Assembly: GCA_951406725.2 (NCBI GenBank) | Contig: OX597827.1 | Coordinates: 6,634,001-6,698,000 of the forward strand | Direction of reading: 5' to 3' | Source of the DNA: Octopus vulgaris | Lineage: Eukaryota | Length of the DNA stretch: 64,000 nt | Shown here: piece by piece, positions 12,803 through 26,204 of the stretch | How positions within the stretch are numbered: the stretch's first letter is position 1 | How the letters are laid out: each line of letters begins with the position of its first letter | Position numbers and translations under genes: made by a program | Notes under the pieces: model-generated | Told to the model about the DNA's origin: nothing | What the model saw: only the letters and a program-made list of their open reading frames with translations | Databases searched by the model: none

Positions 12803-14337
12803 GAGATATATATATATGGATAAAAGTTTTCAAAAATACTTTTATCAGTTGCCAGCATATTAAAATATCTTTTAATGTGAAAATTATGAACAATTATAAA
12901 TAAGGGTGAAAGAAAATAATTTTCTAAGCTGAAAAATAGACTTTAGATCGTCTAACCACATACAATATATATATACATGTATATCATCATCAGCATCATT
13001 ATCGTTTAACGTCTGTTTTTCATGTTAGCATGGGTTGGACGATTTGACTGAGGTTGGTGAACCAGGCTCCAGTCTGATCTGGCAGTGTTTCTACAGCTGG
13101 ATGCCCTTCCTAATGCCAACCTCTCCGTGAGTGTAGTGGGTGCTTTTTACGTGCCACTAGCACAGGTGCCAGGAGAGGCTGGCAACAGCCATGATCGGTT
13201 GGTGCTAGAGAGAGAGAGAGAGAGAGGTCCAAGAAAGACAGTTCTGAAATCTTTAGCTGAACACCCAGCTCAGGTCTTTTATTGTGATCAAGTGTTTGAG
13301 CTGCACATTAGCTCACCTCACCCCCTTTAAATTGACATTACTTGTACAGGTGCACGGTGGGCAACATGTCAATGTGATATGAGATAAAATGTTTTGGTCA
13401 ATAACATAATGCACCTCCTGGTCCAGGAATTGAACCCACAATCTCACAATTGTGAATACAACACACTAGGCCACATGCCCTTACACACGTGCACCCATAT
13501 ATTTCAACGCAGAGTAGATGAAACAGGGACAACTGAAGAAGGGGAATATTCTTCATGTTGCATGTCTCGTTTCTCTGTTTGTTTGTTTTTGCTGTTCGAA
13601 AAAAGTTCGTTTCTATGTTTTTGTTTTTATGTTTTCATTTCTCATTGTGTTCAACACCTTTTTGATGTTGTGTACCTATATATGCATGTATATATACATA
13701 TATATGTAGGTATGTATATATGTATGTATATATGCATATAATTATATATTATTTATACTATATATATATACATACATATATGTATGTATTTGTATGTGCA
13801 TATAAGTTTATTTATATATATATATATATATATACTTATATATATATACATACATTTATGTATGTATGTAGGTATGATTTGTACTTTGAATCAAAATAGA
13901 TTTCGAAATCTTCCTCCTGTATTGTGTGCCTGTATATTTGGTGAATGGTTTGCCTCTCATATTTTCTCATGGTCGTTTCCTCTAGGCAGAAAATTTGTTT
14001 ATTTGTAGAAAATATATGTGAGAGGCTCTTGGCTTTAGCTGATGAATTGTTGGTGATCTGATACAATAAAAATCTATACAATTCGTAGCGTTGGCAAGCT
14101 TAATGGAAAATTACAAAAGAATAAAACAGTTACTGTCATGCTTTAAGCCTAATACATTTATGTCTGAGTGTATATATATATATATATGAGCACCTATGGG
14201 TATACAGAGACATACTCACATATATGTGTATTATTTAGATATTTATTGTTCTCACACACACACATACATATATATTATATTATTTATATACACATATATA
14301 TGTATATATATATATGTATTATATATGCATACATACG

Positions 14338-14384
<47 letters not shown>

Positions 14385-14437
14385 GTACATAGATATGTAT
14401 ATGTATCAGCATACACACACACATTTACCCAGGTACA

Positions 14438-14493
<56 letters not shown>

Positions 14494-15552
14494 GAGATAT
14501 ATATATATGGATAAAAGTTTTCAAAAATACTTTTATCAGTTGCCAGCATATTAAAATATCTTTTAATGTGAAAATTATGAACAATTATAAATAAGGGTGA
14601 AAGAAAATAATTTTCTAAGCTGAAAAATAGACTTTAGATCGTCTAACCACATACAATATATATATACATGTATATCATCATCAGCATCATTATCGTTTAA
14701 CGTCTGTTTTTCATGTTAGCATGGGTTGGACGATTTGACTGAGGTTGGTGAACCAGGCTCCAGTCTGATCTGGCAGTGTTTCTACAGCTGGATGCCCTTC
14801 CTAATGCCAACCTCTCCGTGAGTGTAGTGGGTGCTTTTTACGTGCCACTAGCACAGGTGCCAGGAGAGGCTGGCAACAGCCATGATCGGTTGGTGCTAGA
14901 GAGAGAGAGAGAGAGAGAGGTCCAAGAAAGACAGTTCTGAAATCTTTAGCTGAACACCCAGCTCAGGTCTTTTATTGTGATCAAGTGTTTGAGCTGCACA
15001 TTAGCTCACCTCACCCCCTTTAAATTGACATTACTTGTACAGGTGCACGGTGGGCAACATGTCAATGTGATATGAGATAAAATGTTTTGGTCAATAACAT
15101 AATGCACCTCCTGGTCCAGGAATTGAACCCACAATCTCACAATTGTGAATACAACACACTAGGCCACATGCCCTTACACACGTGCACCCATATATTTCAA
15201 CGCAGAGTAGATGAAACAGGGACAACTGAAGAAGGGGAATATTCTTCATGTTGCATGTCTCGTTTCTCTGTTTGTTTGTTTTTGCTGTTCGAAAAAAGTT
15301 CGTTTCTATGTTTTTGTTTTTATGTTTTCATTTCTCATTGTGTTCAACACCTTTTTGATGTTGTGTACCTATATATGCATGTATATATACATATATATGT
15401 AGGTATGTATATATGTATGTATATATGCATATAATTATATATTATTTATACTATATATATATACATACATATATGTATGTATTTGTATGTGCATATAAGT
15501 TTATTTATATATATATACTTATATATATATACATACATTTATGTATGTATGT
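12181..15552. repeat. Near-perfect tandem duplication, unit ~1689 bp (12181-13869 and 13870-~15552)
   Basis: Both units start aggtatgatttgtactttgaatc; identical ORFs called in both; visible differences are microsatellite lengths. Confidence 0.95.
12984..13205 (-). mobile_element. Family D SINE-like repeat (duplicate copy at ~14675-14896)
   Basis: catcatc..gtttaacgtc...ctggcagtgtttctacagctggatgcccttcctaatgccaacc. Confidence 0.85.
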
Positions 15553-15567
15553 GTATGTGCATATAAG

Positions 15568-15620
<53 letters not shown>

Positions 15621-16107
15621 ATATCAATTCAAATATGTTTCCTTTGTATCCGTATTTATGATAGTATGACTTAGATAAATACATATTATTGAGGTATTGT
15701 ATTTCAGTCAAATGCCTTTCCTGTTACTAACCCTTGTTGCTTTACAAGTAAAGAAAATTTTATTCCATTTGCCTTTGAAGGTGCAGAGCTAATGGATGAT
15801 TTATTGACAGGTAAATGTCAAAATATATCATCGTCCATAACACAGCTTCACACAGAATGTAAACACTCACACAGACACACACATACATACACCTGCACAC
15901 ACATATACATATATGTGCACATACACACACACACACACACACACTCAAAATGGGCTTTGTATGGTTTTCTCTAAGAAATTCACTCACAAAACATTGGTTA
16001 CCCTGCAGCTACAAATGAAGACATATACCCATGGTGCTACTCAGTCGGACTGAACTCAAGACTATATACTGGTGAAGTGACCTTCTCAACCACAATGCCG
16101 TCCCTAC

Positions 16108-16138
<31 letters not shown>

Positions 16139-16188
16139 TATATACATACCTACATACTTATATATCTATACATGCCTATATCTCTATA

Positions 16189-16600
16189 GGCGCAGGAGCG
16201 GCTGTGTGGTAAGTAGCTTGCTTACCAGCCACACAGTTCCGGGTTCAGTCCCACTGCGTGGCACCTTGGGCAAGTGTCTTCTACTATAGCCTCGAGCCGA
16301 CCAAAGCCTTGTGAGTGGATTTGGTAGACGGAAACTGAAAGAAGCCCGTCATATATATATATATGTGTGTGTGTTTGTGTGTGTGTGTTTGTGTGTGTGT
16401 GTTTGTCTCCCCAACATTGCTTGACAACCGATGCTGGTGTGTTTACGTCCCCGTTACTTAGCGGTTCGGCAAAAGAGACCGATAGGATAAGTACTGGGCT
16501 TACAAAGAATAAGTCCTGGGGTTGATTTGCTCGACTAAAAGGCAGTGCTCCAGCATGGCCGCAGTCAAATGACTGAAACAAGTAAAAGAGAAAGAGAGAG
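16189..16600 (+). mobile_element. Family A tRNA-derived SINE, full length (CORE-like central motif)
   Basis: A box (c)ggctgtgtgg, B-box-like ggttcagtccc, ccttgggcaagtgtctt motif, internal (TA)(TG)n, tail gaaacaagtaaaagag. Confidence 0.9.
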
Positions 16601-16740
16601 AATACATACACACACACATATATATATATATTCATCTGCAGCGTTGAGCAATGATCACAAAAAGGTCAAAAAAAAAAACATGGGAAGAACAAGTTTTAAC
16701 AAAATTTGAATTCTGTTTAATGCTTAAAAGAAGGAAAAGA

Positions 16741-16785
16741 ATTTGCAACATTTTGGACACATGTCCTTCATCAGAAAATGTTAAA
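16741..16785 (-). ncRNA. Decayed minimal type I hammerhead ribozyme downstream of the PLE endonuclease
   Basis: Minus strand: CTGATGA-a-ggac-atgt-gtcc-AAAAtgtt; two CpG-type transitions restore ccGAAAcgtt. Confidence 0.6.
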
Positions 16786-17276
16786 GAATGAGGAAAAAAA
16801 ATGGTAGGAAACAATAAATTAAATTAGAAAATGCAGTAGGTAAAAAAAGGGTTAGGGGCCAGATGGGTATGCAGTTCTATAAGTGGGTGATAGGAAACGA
16901 GAAGTCAAGACAGTGTGTGTATGTATGGAGAGGAGTATCGCAGGAAGTGTGTGTGTGTGTGTGCTGCATGTGATTTCTTACTGTGTATGTAGGTAGTGTA
17001 GTGACAGGGATAGCAAGTACATGGAAATATGGTGTGTAGGTGAAATTGTATTGTATGTGAGAGGAGCAGGATATGGAGGAGAGCAGTATATGGTAGTCAC
17101 AATAGTGAAAGGAAAGAATGATGAAAAATCTGTATAAATATTGAAAAGGTACAATCTCCAGATAAGAAATAAGAAAAAACATAGTATTATTGGTAGTATT
17201 ATTTCTGGTTTATTTTCGGACTTTTGGCTTTAGTCATAAATATTCTTTTACCCTTGTTAATTATATGGAGTGTTGG

Positions 17277-17875
17277 CTATTTTTGGTTTAATTTTGGTTT
17301 TAGAATTCTTATTAAGTATTTTTCTTTTGCCTTTCGTAGATGTATATTTTCATAATATATTTTGTAAAATGAGAATATTTTAAATTTTCCATTTGCACAG
17401 ATATCCAGATGTTCACTGCATAGGACATTCTGAAGAGATGAATTCCTAATTTGCTGTTTATGCATATTTACATGGCTGGTCAGTTTCCTTCCTGCCTCCC
17501 CAATGTAGTTTTCATTGCACTGTGGGCATGTGATGCAGGAGATGAGGTTTTTCGTTTTGCAATTCATGTTTGCATTCACTTTTAATTTCCCATTCCTGAA
17601 TCGTTTGGTTGCTCCTTGCTCAATTAATTTGCATGTCCCACAATGGGAGTCTTCACAGTTGGTTAATTGCATCGTTTCTTCTTCAAATGTGGATCTCACC
17701 TTTGTTAGGAGTCCCTTGAGGTTAGGTGGTTGTCTTCGACTGTTGATAATATCTGAATTTTTAATTATTCATTGGAGATTTGGTGATTGATGTAGAACTG
17801 GGAGGTATCGTTTGGCTGAGTGCAGGATGTTGTTTCTAGGATTGTGGGTGACTCTACAAATGGTATATTAGTATT
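17277..17875 (-). pseudogene. Penelope-like element ORF C-terminus with GIY-YIG endonuclease
   Basis: CGTC...CKTKNLISCITCPQCNENYIGE...HKQQIR...EHL...KEKYLIRILKPKLN; upstream in-frame THNP...SRRQPPNLKGLL with one stop. Confidence 0.88.
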
Positions 17876-18938
17876 TGTATTTATTTGTATTTGTATTTAT
17901 TTTCACACCTAGCCTGAGTGTTTCTTCATAAGGTAGAGATCAGGATTTCCTTTGCTTTTATGTATGTATGTGTTTCCATGTGCCTTTGTTTTGACATCAT
18001 GTGATTGATATAAATAAGCATCATCATCATGAAAGTGATGCTGCTTGTATCCAGTCTTCTGTGGAAGACATCACTGAAAACACAAATTCCATCTGCCCAA
18101 TGCAAGCATAAAAAATAGATGCTAAACAATGATGATGATGAAGGTATCTATCTGTCTAACTGTCAGTTTGTGCAGCTTCCTAGCTAGGTAGCCAATATGA
18201 TAGATAGATAGACAGATAGACAGAGAGATAAATAGATGATAGGCACAGAGAGAGATGTACGTGCACATGATATGACAGTGTTGTTGCTATTGTTGTTGGT
18301 GGTAGTGGTGGTGGTGACAATGATGACAACTACACAACTTCCAGCGGATTTTTTTTTAGTAAGCACACAACTCTAGTATTTATCATATATTTGGAAATTA
18401 TTCTTAGAACTGATGACAAAAAGTATTTTAAATGCTTTCCGTAATTAAAATAAATAATTCATTATATATACTGCAATATATAAGTGTTTTCAATAATTTA
18501 GTTACTCGTCATGTAAGTTTCATCACGTTTTGTCTTGCTTTTGGTTTTTGGCTGAATTCATTACACCCTCTTTCATGTATTAAATCTTTATTACACAGGC
18601 CGCAGAGATTAAGAATTAAAATGCTTAAGAAGCAGTCCATAGTTTATTCTAGAATAGTCTGTCTCCATTTTTGCACATCGAAATTAATGGCAAATCTTCA
18701 AAAAAATTATATTAATGCTTTACTTACATCAAAGCTTTACTGCGATTTTCTGTTATCTCTTCTTTTTTTTTATCTCTTATTAGTTCATTCATTGTGTCTT
18801 ATAATATGTAAGTGCAACTAAAATATGTTCTATCATATTTTACTGTACAATCTATGCAATTGTCTATAAAACGTGTCCTGACTGAGAGAATACAAATCAA
18901 CTCAAATTAGACTCAGTCAAACTTCACACAGTACCAAA

Positions 18939-19077
18939 TTTCAATGTTTTATTCATAATAATGGAATGGGTATACACACACACACACACACACACACATG
19001 TATACATGTTTCAATGTTTTATTCATAATAATGGAATGGGTATACACACACACACACACACACACACATGTATACAT
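18939..19077. repeat. 70-bp tandem duplication containing (CA)n
   Basis: tcaatgttttattcataataatggaatggg at 18941 and 19011. Confidence 0.95.
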
Positions 19078-19139
19078 TTATATACATACATACATACATA
19101 GATAAATGCATATATAGATATATGTATATATATATGTAT

Positions 19140-19342
19140 ACTCTTTACTCATTTACTCTTTTACTTGTTTCGGTCATTTGACTGTGGCCATGCTGGAGCA
19201 CTGCCTTTAGTCAAGCAAATCGATCCCAGGACTTATTCTTTGTAAGCATCGGTCACTGTTGCCAAACTGCTAAGTTACGGTGATGCAAACACACCACCAT
19301 CGGTTGTCAAACGATGTGGGGAGGACCAAACACAGACACAGA

Positions 19343-19345
<3 letters not shown>
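19140..19345 (-). mobile_element. Family A SINE, 3' half
   Basis: ctcttttacttgtttcggtcatttgactgtggccatgctggagca. Confidence 0.8.
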
Positions 19346-19373
<28 letters not shown>

Positions 19374-19760
19374 CGTCATCATCATCGTTTAACGTCCGTT
19401 TGCTATGCTAGCATGAGTTGGACAGTTCGACTGGGGTCTGGGAAGCCAGAAGGCTGCACTAGGCTCCAGTCTGATCTGGCAGTGTTTCTACAGCTGGATA
19501 CCCTTTCTAATGCCAACCACTCTGTGAGTGTAGCAGGTGCTTTTTACGTGCCACTGGTACAGGGGCCAGAGGAGGCTAGCAATGGACACAACCAGTTGGT
19601 GCTATTTACATGCCACCAGCATGGAAGCTAGTCAAGGCAGCGCTGGCTTCGGCCACGTTCGGATGGTGCTTTTTACGTGCCACCGGCATGGGTATCACAA
19701 GTACAATTTCCATTTGATTTTCATTTTGATGTTGATGTACTTGACTCAATAGGTCTTCAT
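19374..19760 (-). mobile_element. Family D SINE-like repeat with three internal ggtgctttttacgtgccacc modules
   Basis: Same architecture as 63083-63579. Confidence 0.85.
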
Positions 19761-19771
19761 ATATATATATA

Positions 19772-19889
19772 TCACCGTGATCCCCGTGACCGACCAGGCT
19801 ATCAGATGTTGCTACACATCGCTGGTCACAATGCGCTTTGCATTGTTTTAGCCTTCAAATGACGCCACCCCGCTGGCTAAGCGAGCAGG

Positions 19890-19892
<3 letters not shown>
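19772..19892 (-). mobile_element. Isolated B3 SINE tail between (TA)n runs
   Basis: Reverse complement of 9470-9585. Confidence 0.75.
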
Positions 19893-19928
<36 letters not shown>

Positions 19929-20159
19929 TAATTTTGGCAGTATCAAACTCTCTCCTTCACCAAAAGCCAATCACATAAAATTGGCCATTGAAAAGGTGAT
20001 TACACTGGTGGTGCCCCAGCATGGCCACAGCCTTTGGATTGAAACATATAAAAGAATAAAAAAATAAAAGGTGCCACACAGTAGGACTGAACCCAGAACC
20101 AAGTGGTTAGGAAGCAAGCTTCTTACCACACAGCATGCATATATGCAATCTATGGATTT

Positions 20160-20550
20160 CTGGAAGCAATCCATCGGTTACGACGATGAGGGTTCCGGTT
20201 GATCCGAATCAACGGAACAGCTTGCTCGTGAAATTAACGTGTAAGTGGCTGAGCACTCCACAGACACGTGTACCCTTAACGTAGTCCTCGGGGATATTCA
20301 GCGTGACACATAGAGTGACAAGGCCGGCCCCTTGAAATACAGGTACAACAGAAACAGGAAGTCAAGAGTGAGAGAAAGTTGTAGTGAAAGAGTACAGCAG
20401 GGATCACCACCATCCCCTGCCGGAGCCTCGTGGAGCTTTTTTTTTAGGTGTTTTCGCTCAATAAACACTCACAACGCCCGGTCTGGGAATCGAAACTGCG
20501 ATCCTATGACCGCGAGTCCGCTGCCCTAACCACTGGGCCATTGCGCCTCC
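20160..20550 (-). mobile_element. Family B SINE (body X, tail B1), full length with TSD tatggattt
   Basis: Ends ccctaaccactgggccattgcgcctcc (reversed head); tatggattt on both flanks. Confidence 0.92.
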
Positions 20551-20904
20551 ATTATGGATTTAAATGGAATCATTAGACAGCAATTAAAGCTTTACTTCAA
20601 ATTTCTGTCTACCAATCACGGCACTTCTGAAAGAAGCGAATCTGAAGCAGGTTAAAGAGAATATAGAATAACACATTACGAGACTAAGAAAATGTTGCTC
20701 CTTTAAAGAATTCGCTCAGACATGTAAGTTCGTATGACTTGGAAATATTAATGATATGATCTTAGAAAGATTAATTTACAACCTTCCAATTTACAAATTA
20801 GGAAAACATTAAAGACATTTGAGAAACTGAATTAAATTATATACAAATTATATATATAAAGTTTGAGATAATTTGCTTTCCGCTTCTGCATTCGTACATT
20901 CATA

Positions 20905-21036
20905 CATGCCTCCTCCTCTTCTTCTTTTTCTTCTTCTTCTTCATCATCATCATCATTATCCCTCTCTGCCTCTCCCTCTGCCTCCTTCTCTGCCTCCTTC
21001 CCTTTCTCATGTTCCTCTTCCTCCTCTTCCTCTCTG

Positions 21037-21076
<40 letters not shown>

Positions 21077-21335
21077 TATCCCTCCTCTGCCTCCTCCTCT
21101 GCCTCCTTCTCTGCCTCCTTCCCTTTCTCATGTTCCTCTTCCTCCTCTTCCTCTCTGTCATCATCATCATCATCATCATCATTACCAACATCACTGTCAT
21201 CACAGTCATCACCATTATTATCATTGTCAAAGTCGTCGTCCTCCTGCTACTCCTCCTCCTCGTCTTTGTCGTCATTATCATCATCAATCATCATCATCAT
21301 CAATCATCATCATCATCATTTTTGTCATCATCACT
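20905..21335. repeat. (CAT)n/(CCT)n low-complexity region with ~120-bp internal duplication
   Basis: ccttccctttctcatgttcctcttcctcc occurs twice ~120 bp apart. Confidence 0.9.
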
Positions 21336-22030
21336 GCCATACCACCATCAATGGCTGGTTCATCCAAGAATTGTTATTGTAACCATGTCACCAACTTCAA
21401 GAAAATCAATACAAGACATTCAACATCTTTGACAAATTTTCTGTGGCGACTTAAAGGAAGATAAAATTAAATATAACATAACTTGGTCCATAGTTAGACA
21501 AGCAAAGCCATGTCTTTTCCAAGAGATGCTAGCTCTGCTCTGAGGAATCCTTGTCTATTCTGTGGACCCTTGAGAAGATCCTTAAGAAAATTTCTGAAAG
21601 ACTCTCAAGATGGTTACATGCACATAAATACACTTTAACACAATGCAGTGGGAATGAATTTGAATAACTGTTAACATAATCCACCTTAAGGCATAGATGA
21701 ATTAAATTTAGCTTTAACCTCCCCATTGTTTGCACATGTGAATTTTCTGCATAGGGTTTTCAGCATAAGTATGACCATGTCAGGGTTTTTTTTACATTGT
21801 GTCAGTTTCACAAGTATTTATTCTAAGACATAGTTCAAACGTAGAATTGCAATACGTATGCAATGACATTTATGGAGCACAGCAGTTAAAGTATTCATGG
21901 GTCATTACATTTCAGTTAGCTTAAGTAACATGCCAGAACATTTTTAGTATCAAAAAAATTATCATAAATGTTGCATCAGTTGCAATGGAATTGCCCATAT
22001 ATATATACATACATATATATATATATATAT

Positions 22031-22385
<355 letters not shown>

Positions 22386-22461
22386 ATGTATATTGTGAAA
22401 TATACCATAATCTACCATGGGCACAAGTTTCATTAACACTGAGATAGAACACATGAACACT

Positions 22462-22494
22462 GGGGTGGCCTAATACTTTTGGCCAAGGCTGTGT
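22462..22494 (-). mobile_element. Solo Tc1-like TIR end
   Basis: Minus strand TA-cagccttggccaaaagtattaggccacccc; partner TIR not found. Confidence 0.5.
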
Positions 22495-23094
22495 ACACAC
22501 ACACACACACATATCATCATCATCATTGTCATCACTATCATAATCCTTATCATCACCAATTTTTACCACATTACCATCACCATCCCCATCAACACCACCA
22601 TCACATCATTATATGTTTGCTATGTATGAATTATACATAAAGCTGTGTGTGCATATGCATGTTTGCATATTTGTCTGTTTGCAATTGCACCCTCCAAATA
22701 TTGCAGGGTTACATGCAGTGAAGTTGTCACTTCTGTCAACAAAATTGTCAGCTGGCTTTGTGTCTTCAAATGCTTGTGAAACAAGATTCCCCCAGTAAAA
22801 ATTTTTACTGGCATCTAACTGTAAAACAATGCATCAACAACAAATACATCTGACCAATGTTAGCAGAGTAAAAAATAAGTTGTAAAAAATGAACAAATAT
22901 ACTTGGTAGAATTGCTTTGAACAGGTGAGTTCTGTGTTTTATTTCCTTCTTAATTGATCAAAGACTTTCATTATTTCATGTTCTTATTTTATACTGTTAC
23001 AAACACAATTAGACTTTGTTATATCACACTTTTTGATTTGTGTTTTTATAAATTTCCCCATAAATTCCCCTTGCAGACTAAACAGAAATTGATA

Positions 23095-23465
23095 GACAGA
23101 AAAATAGAGACAGACATGTAGATAAAAAAAGAGAGAGGGGTTGAGTGCGAGAGAGACTCGTTGAGAGAGGGAGAGAGACAGACAGAGACAAAGAGACAGA
23201 GAGGTTGAGTGAGAGAGAGAAACTCATTGAGAGAGGGAGAGAAACAGACAGAGACAAAGAAACAGAGAGAGGCAGAGAGGTTAAGTGAGAGAGAGAGACT
23301 CAGTGAAAGAAGGAGAGAGGCAGACAGAGACAAAGCAACAGAGAAAGACAGAGAAAGAGAGAGACAGTGAGAGAGAGAGAACAAGAGAGAAAACGAGAGA
23401 GAGAGAGAGAGAGAATGAGAGAGAAAGAGAGAACGAGAGAGAGGGAGAGAGAGAGAGGGAGATAG
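23095..23465. repeat. (GA)-rich low-complexity tract
   Basis: Direct reading. Confidence 0.9.
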
Positions 23466-24305
23466 TCTGACAAGGGAAAGAAAGAGATCAATAGATTGAT
23501 CTCAATTGATTCATCACAGTTGTGTTTACTTAAGTTTCAAAGCAAATGTGAGGCACCATCTTCATTTAGCAAACTCTATGAAATTAAGTGCAGATACATT
23601 TGCGATTCATTTCTTTGCGTTGTTTTAATCATGTGCTACCAAATTTACATTGTATATAATTTTCAGCAAAGTCTAAAAATATAAGCCACTGTCAGTTCCT
23701 GGAAATGTAATCAAGGAAAAAAAATGTTGTGTGATGTCCACCAATTTACACAATATGTTTTCTTTGCTTAGGTTTATTCAAAAGACAAAAGACAAGAGCT
23801 AATTTGGATTTTGCACAGAAGTATTTAACCTAAAATACACAAAAGTTGGTGAAGTAACTTGGAAGAATTGTTAGAGTATCAGACGAAATGTCTTGTGGCA
23901 TTTGTTCCGGCTCCTTATGTTTTCAGATCAGATCTCATCATCAATGTCAACAAAGGAATTGAAATTTTGTCAGCAAGACTTGAAAGTTCTTTATTTAAAA
24001 AAAAAAAGGTTTTTAGAACATTGCTTGCATGTTTCTTCCAGGGTTTTTTTTATTGAAGATAAACAAATAAACTCAAGCTTTTTACGTTAATCTGTCTACC
24101 ATGTATGCAACAAAATTGGTTCAATGTGGAATATAGTTGTTCACAAATGGAATGAATTGGTTTATCACAATGGCAGAGGAAAGATTTTCTAGTGCCATTT
24201 GTCAGAGAATGATTGTTGTTGTCGATGTTGTGTCCCAAGTCAAAACTGTTGAGCTGGGCGCCAAACCACAGCAGACTATTTCATCAAAGGCATTCCGCCA
24301 TAAAA

Positions 24306-24536
24306 GGCGGCAAGCTGGCAGAAACGTTAGCACGCCAGGCGAAATGCGTAGTCGTATTTCGTCTGCCGTTATGTTCTGAGTTCAAATTCCGCCGAGGTCG
24401 ACTTTGCCTTTCATCCTTTCGGGGTCGATAAATTAAGTACCAGTTACGCACTGGGGTCGATGTAATCAACTTAATCCGTCTGTCTGTCCTTGTTTGTTCT
24501 GTCTGTGTTTAGCCCCTTGTGGGTAGTAAAGAAATA
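24306..24536 (+). mobile_element. Family C SINE (Meta/MESC-like central domain), full length with TSD
   Basis: ggcggcaagctggcagaa...gagttcaaattcc...gcctttcatcctttcggggtcgataaattaagtaccag; TSD ggcattcc(a)gccataa at 24289 and 24537. Confidence 0.9.
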
Positions 24537-24788
24537 GGCATTCCAGCCATAACCATCTGCTATTATTCTTATATGTTGAAAACATAGTATCACATTATCG
24601 AATTCGTACCTTTGTACAACTGTTGAATGATGATTTGTAAAAAAAATTTTGTTGCCATTTTTAGCAAATTTAGTAACCATATTTAGCTCCCTCATTTAAC
24701 TGCTGTTGAGTGATATCTTCTAATGGCACTAAATAAGTAAACTGAGAGAAGATGAGAGGGAGAAAGAGATAATAATTATTTCTCTTGC

Positions 24789-24830
<42 letters not shown>

Positions 24831-25961
24831 TCCTGCCAAGAAAATAGCTTACTCTAAAGAAGGGTCACTCCCATAGCAAACTAACTATTCCTCTATTTCC
24901 TCACTAACCAATTTATTTTACTTTTGAACTGTTTATTTTTATTAATAATGTAGACCATCACTGGTTTCTTTGGATCCTACTATTTACTCTGATAAAATAC
25001 TGGCATCTTTATATATCTGAAAGTCACAAATCAGTCCACTTGCCTAGTTAATGAGGCAGTTGAACCATTACAAGTCTGCAATTTTGTCTACATAGATTTC
25101 GAAGTTCTTTGAGATGTTTGTAGAACATTGCTTCTTTCGTTTTTGTTTTAGGGGTTCTTTAACACCAAACACAAACGAATTCACAGCTTCTACCTTAATC
25201 TTTTTATCACGTTTACTACAATAAGCTTTCGTCTCGTTAACAATTTTTGGGAAATAAAACAGTTTTAAGCATACATCATACAAATGATGCCACTTGTAGG
25301 ATTCAGTCTGGTCCATTCTGATGCATTTGCTATGGAAGTTCAATATTCTACTACTTAGGTTTATGAAACAATTCTTCCAGATTGAAAGAAGAAATCAGTT
25401 TTGTTGCTCTACATAAGACAGACTCAATTAACTCATCTTGATTACACTTCAGTGGCTACATAATTCCAATAAGCTCAAGATGGTTTTTGACAATTGTCAC
25501 AATAAATAATCATCCTATTTCTTTATCTAGCTTATTATAAATATTATTTACTAGGAAGGGCCAATTCTATAACTTTATTTACTTGAATAGTGGACTCATA
25601 AAGAATAGGAAGATTTTTCCCTATAATTTTTACGTTTACAGGAAAGCGAAATATGAGACACCTGTCTATGATACCAAAATTACTTATTTTATTTATAATT
25701 GCTTTTTTTTCACATATCAGTGTTGCTTCTTTTTTTTTCTTTTTAAGCATATATAATTTTTTTTTTTGTGTGTGTTGCTGTTCATAAATCGGTTATCATG
25801 TTCCATGTTGCAACTACTTTATTCCAATTAAGGAGCTTAGATTTCTTTGATCAGGCAATTGCTGCTGTAATCACAAGATTGCTAATTGTTTTCCATCTTT
25901 CAAAAGCTTACTACGCATCTATAATCAAATAATGGGATTTGCCTGGAAAAAAAACGTGTAT

Positions 25962-26045
<84 letters not shown>
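25962..26045. repeat. (CA)n microsatellite
   Basis: Direct reading. Confidence 0.97.
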
Positions 26046-26047
<2 letters not shown>

Positions 26048-26204
26048 ATAAAATCTAGTAATGAAGAACAGATTCCATAAAAACTATACGTTGTACTTGT
26101 TCAACTTAATGTTCTAAGTTTTGCAATTGCAGTTGATTACACTACAGATAGAAATACAGTGGCAGCAACTGTTTATTACTGTAGCTATATCCCTCTTCCC
26201 TTTT

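Noticed and set aside
13518-13575. ctgaaga within a hairpin as a hammerhead
   Set aside because: No GAAA after a stem II and no NUH in the right place
16189-16265. SINE heads as tRNA genes
   Set aside because: A/B boxes present but no full cloverleaf, and they continue into SINE bodies
20832-21464. Poly-D/E, poly-H, poly-S ORFs
   Set aside because: Derived from (CAT)n/(CCT)n tracts; no splice or domain support
25068-25343. Possible Gypsy integrase zinc-finger relic (YFPKIVNETKAYCSK)
   Set aside because: Too short and degenerate; no flanking pol motifs seen
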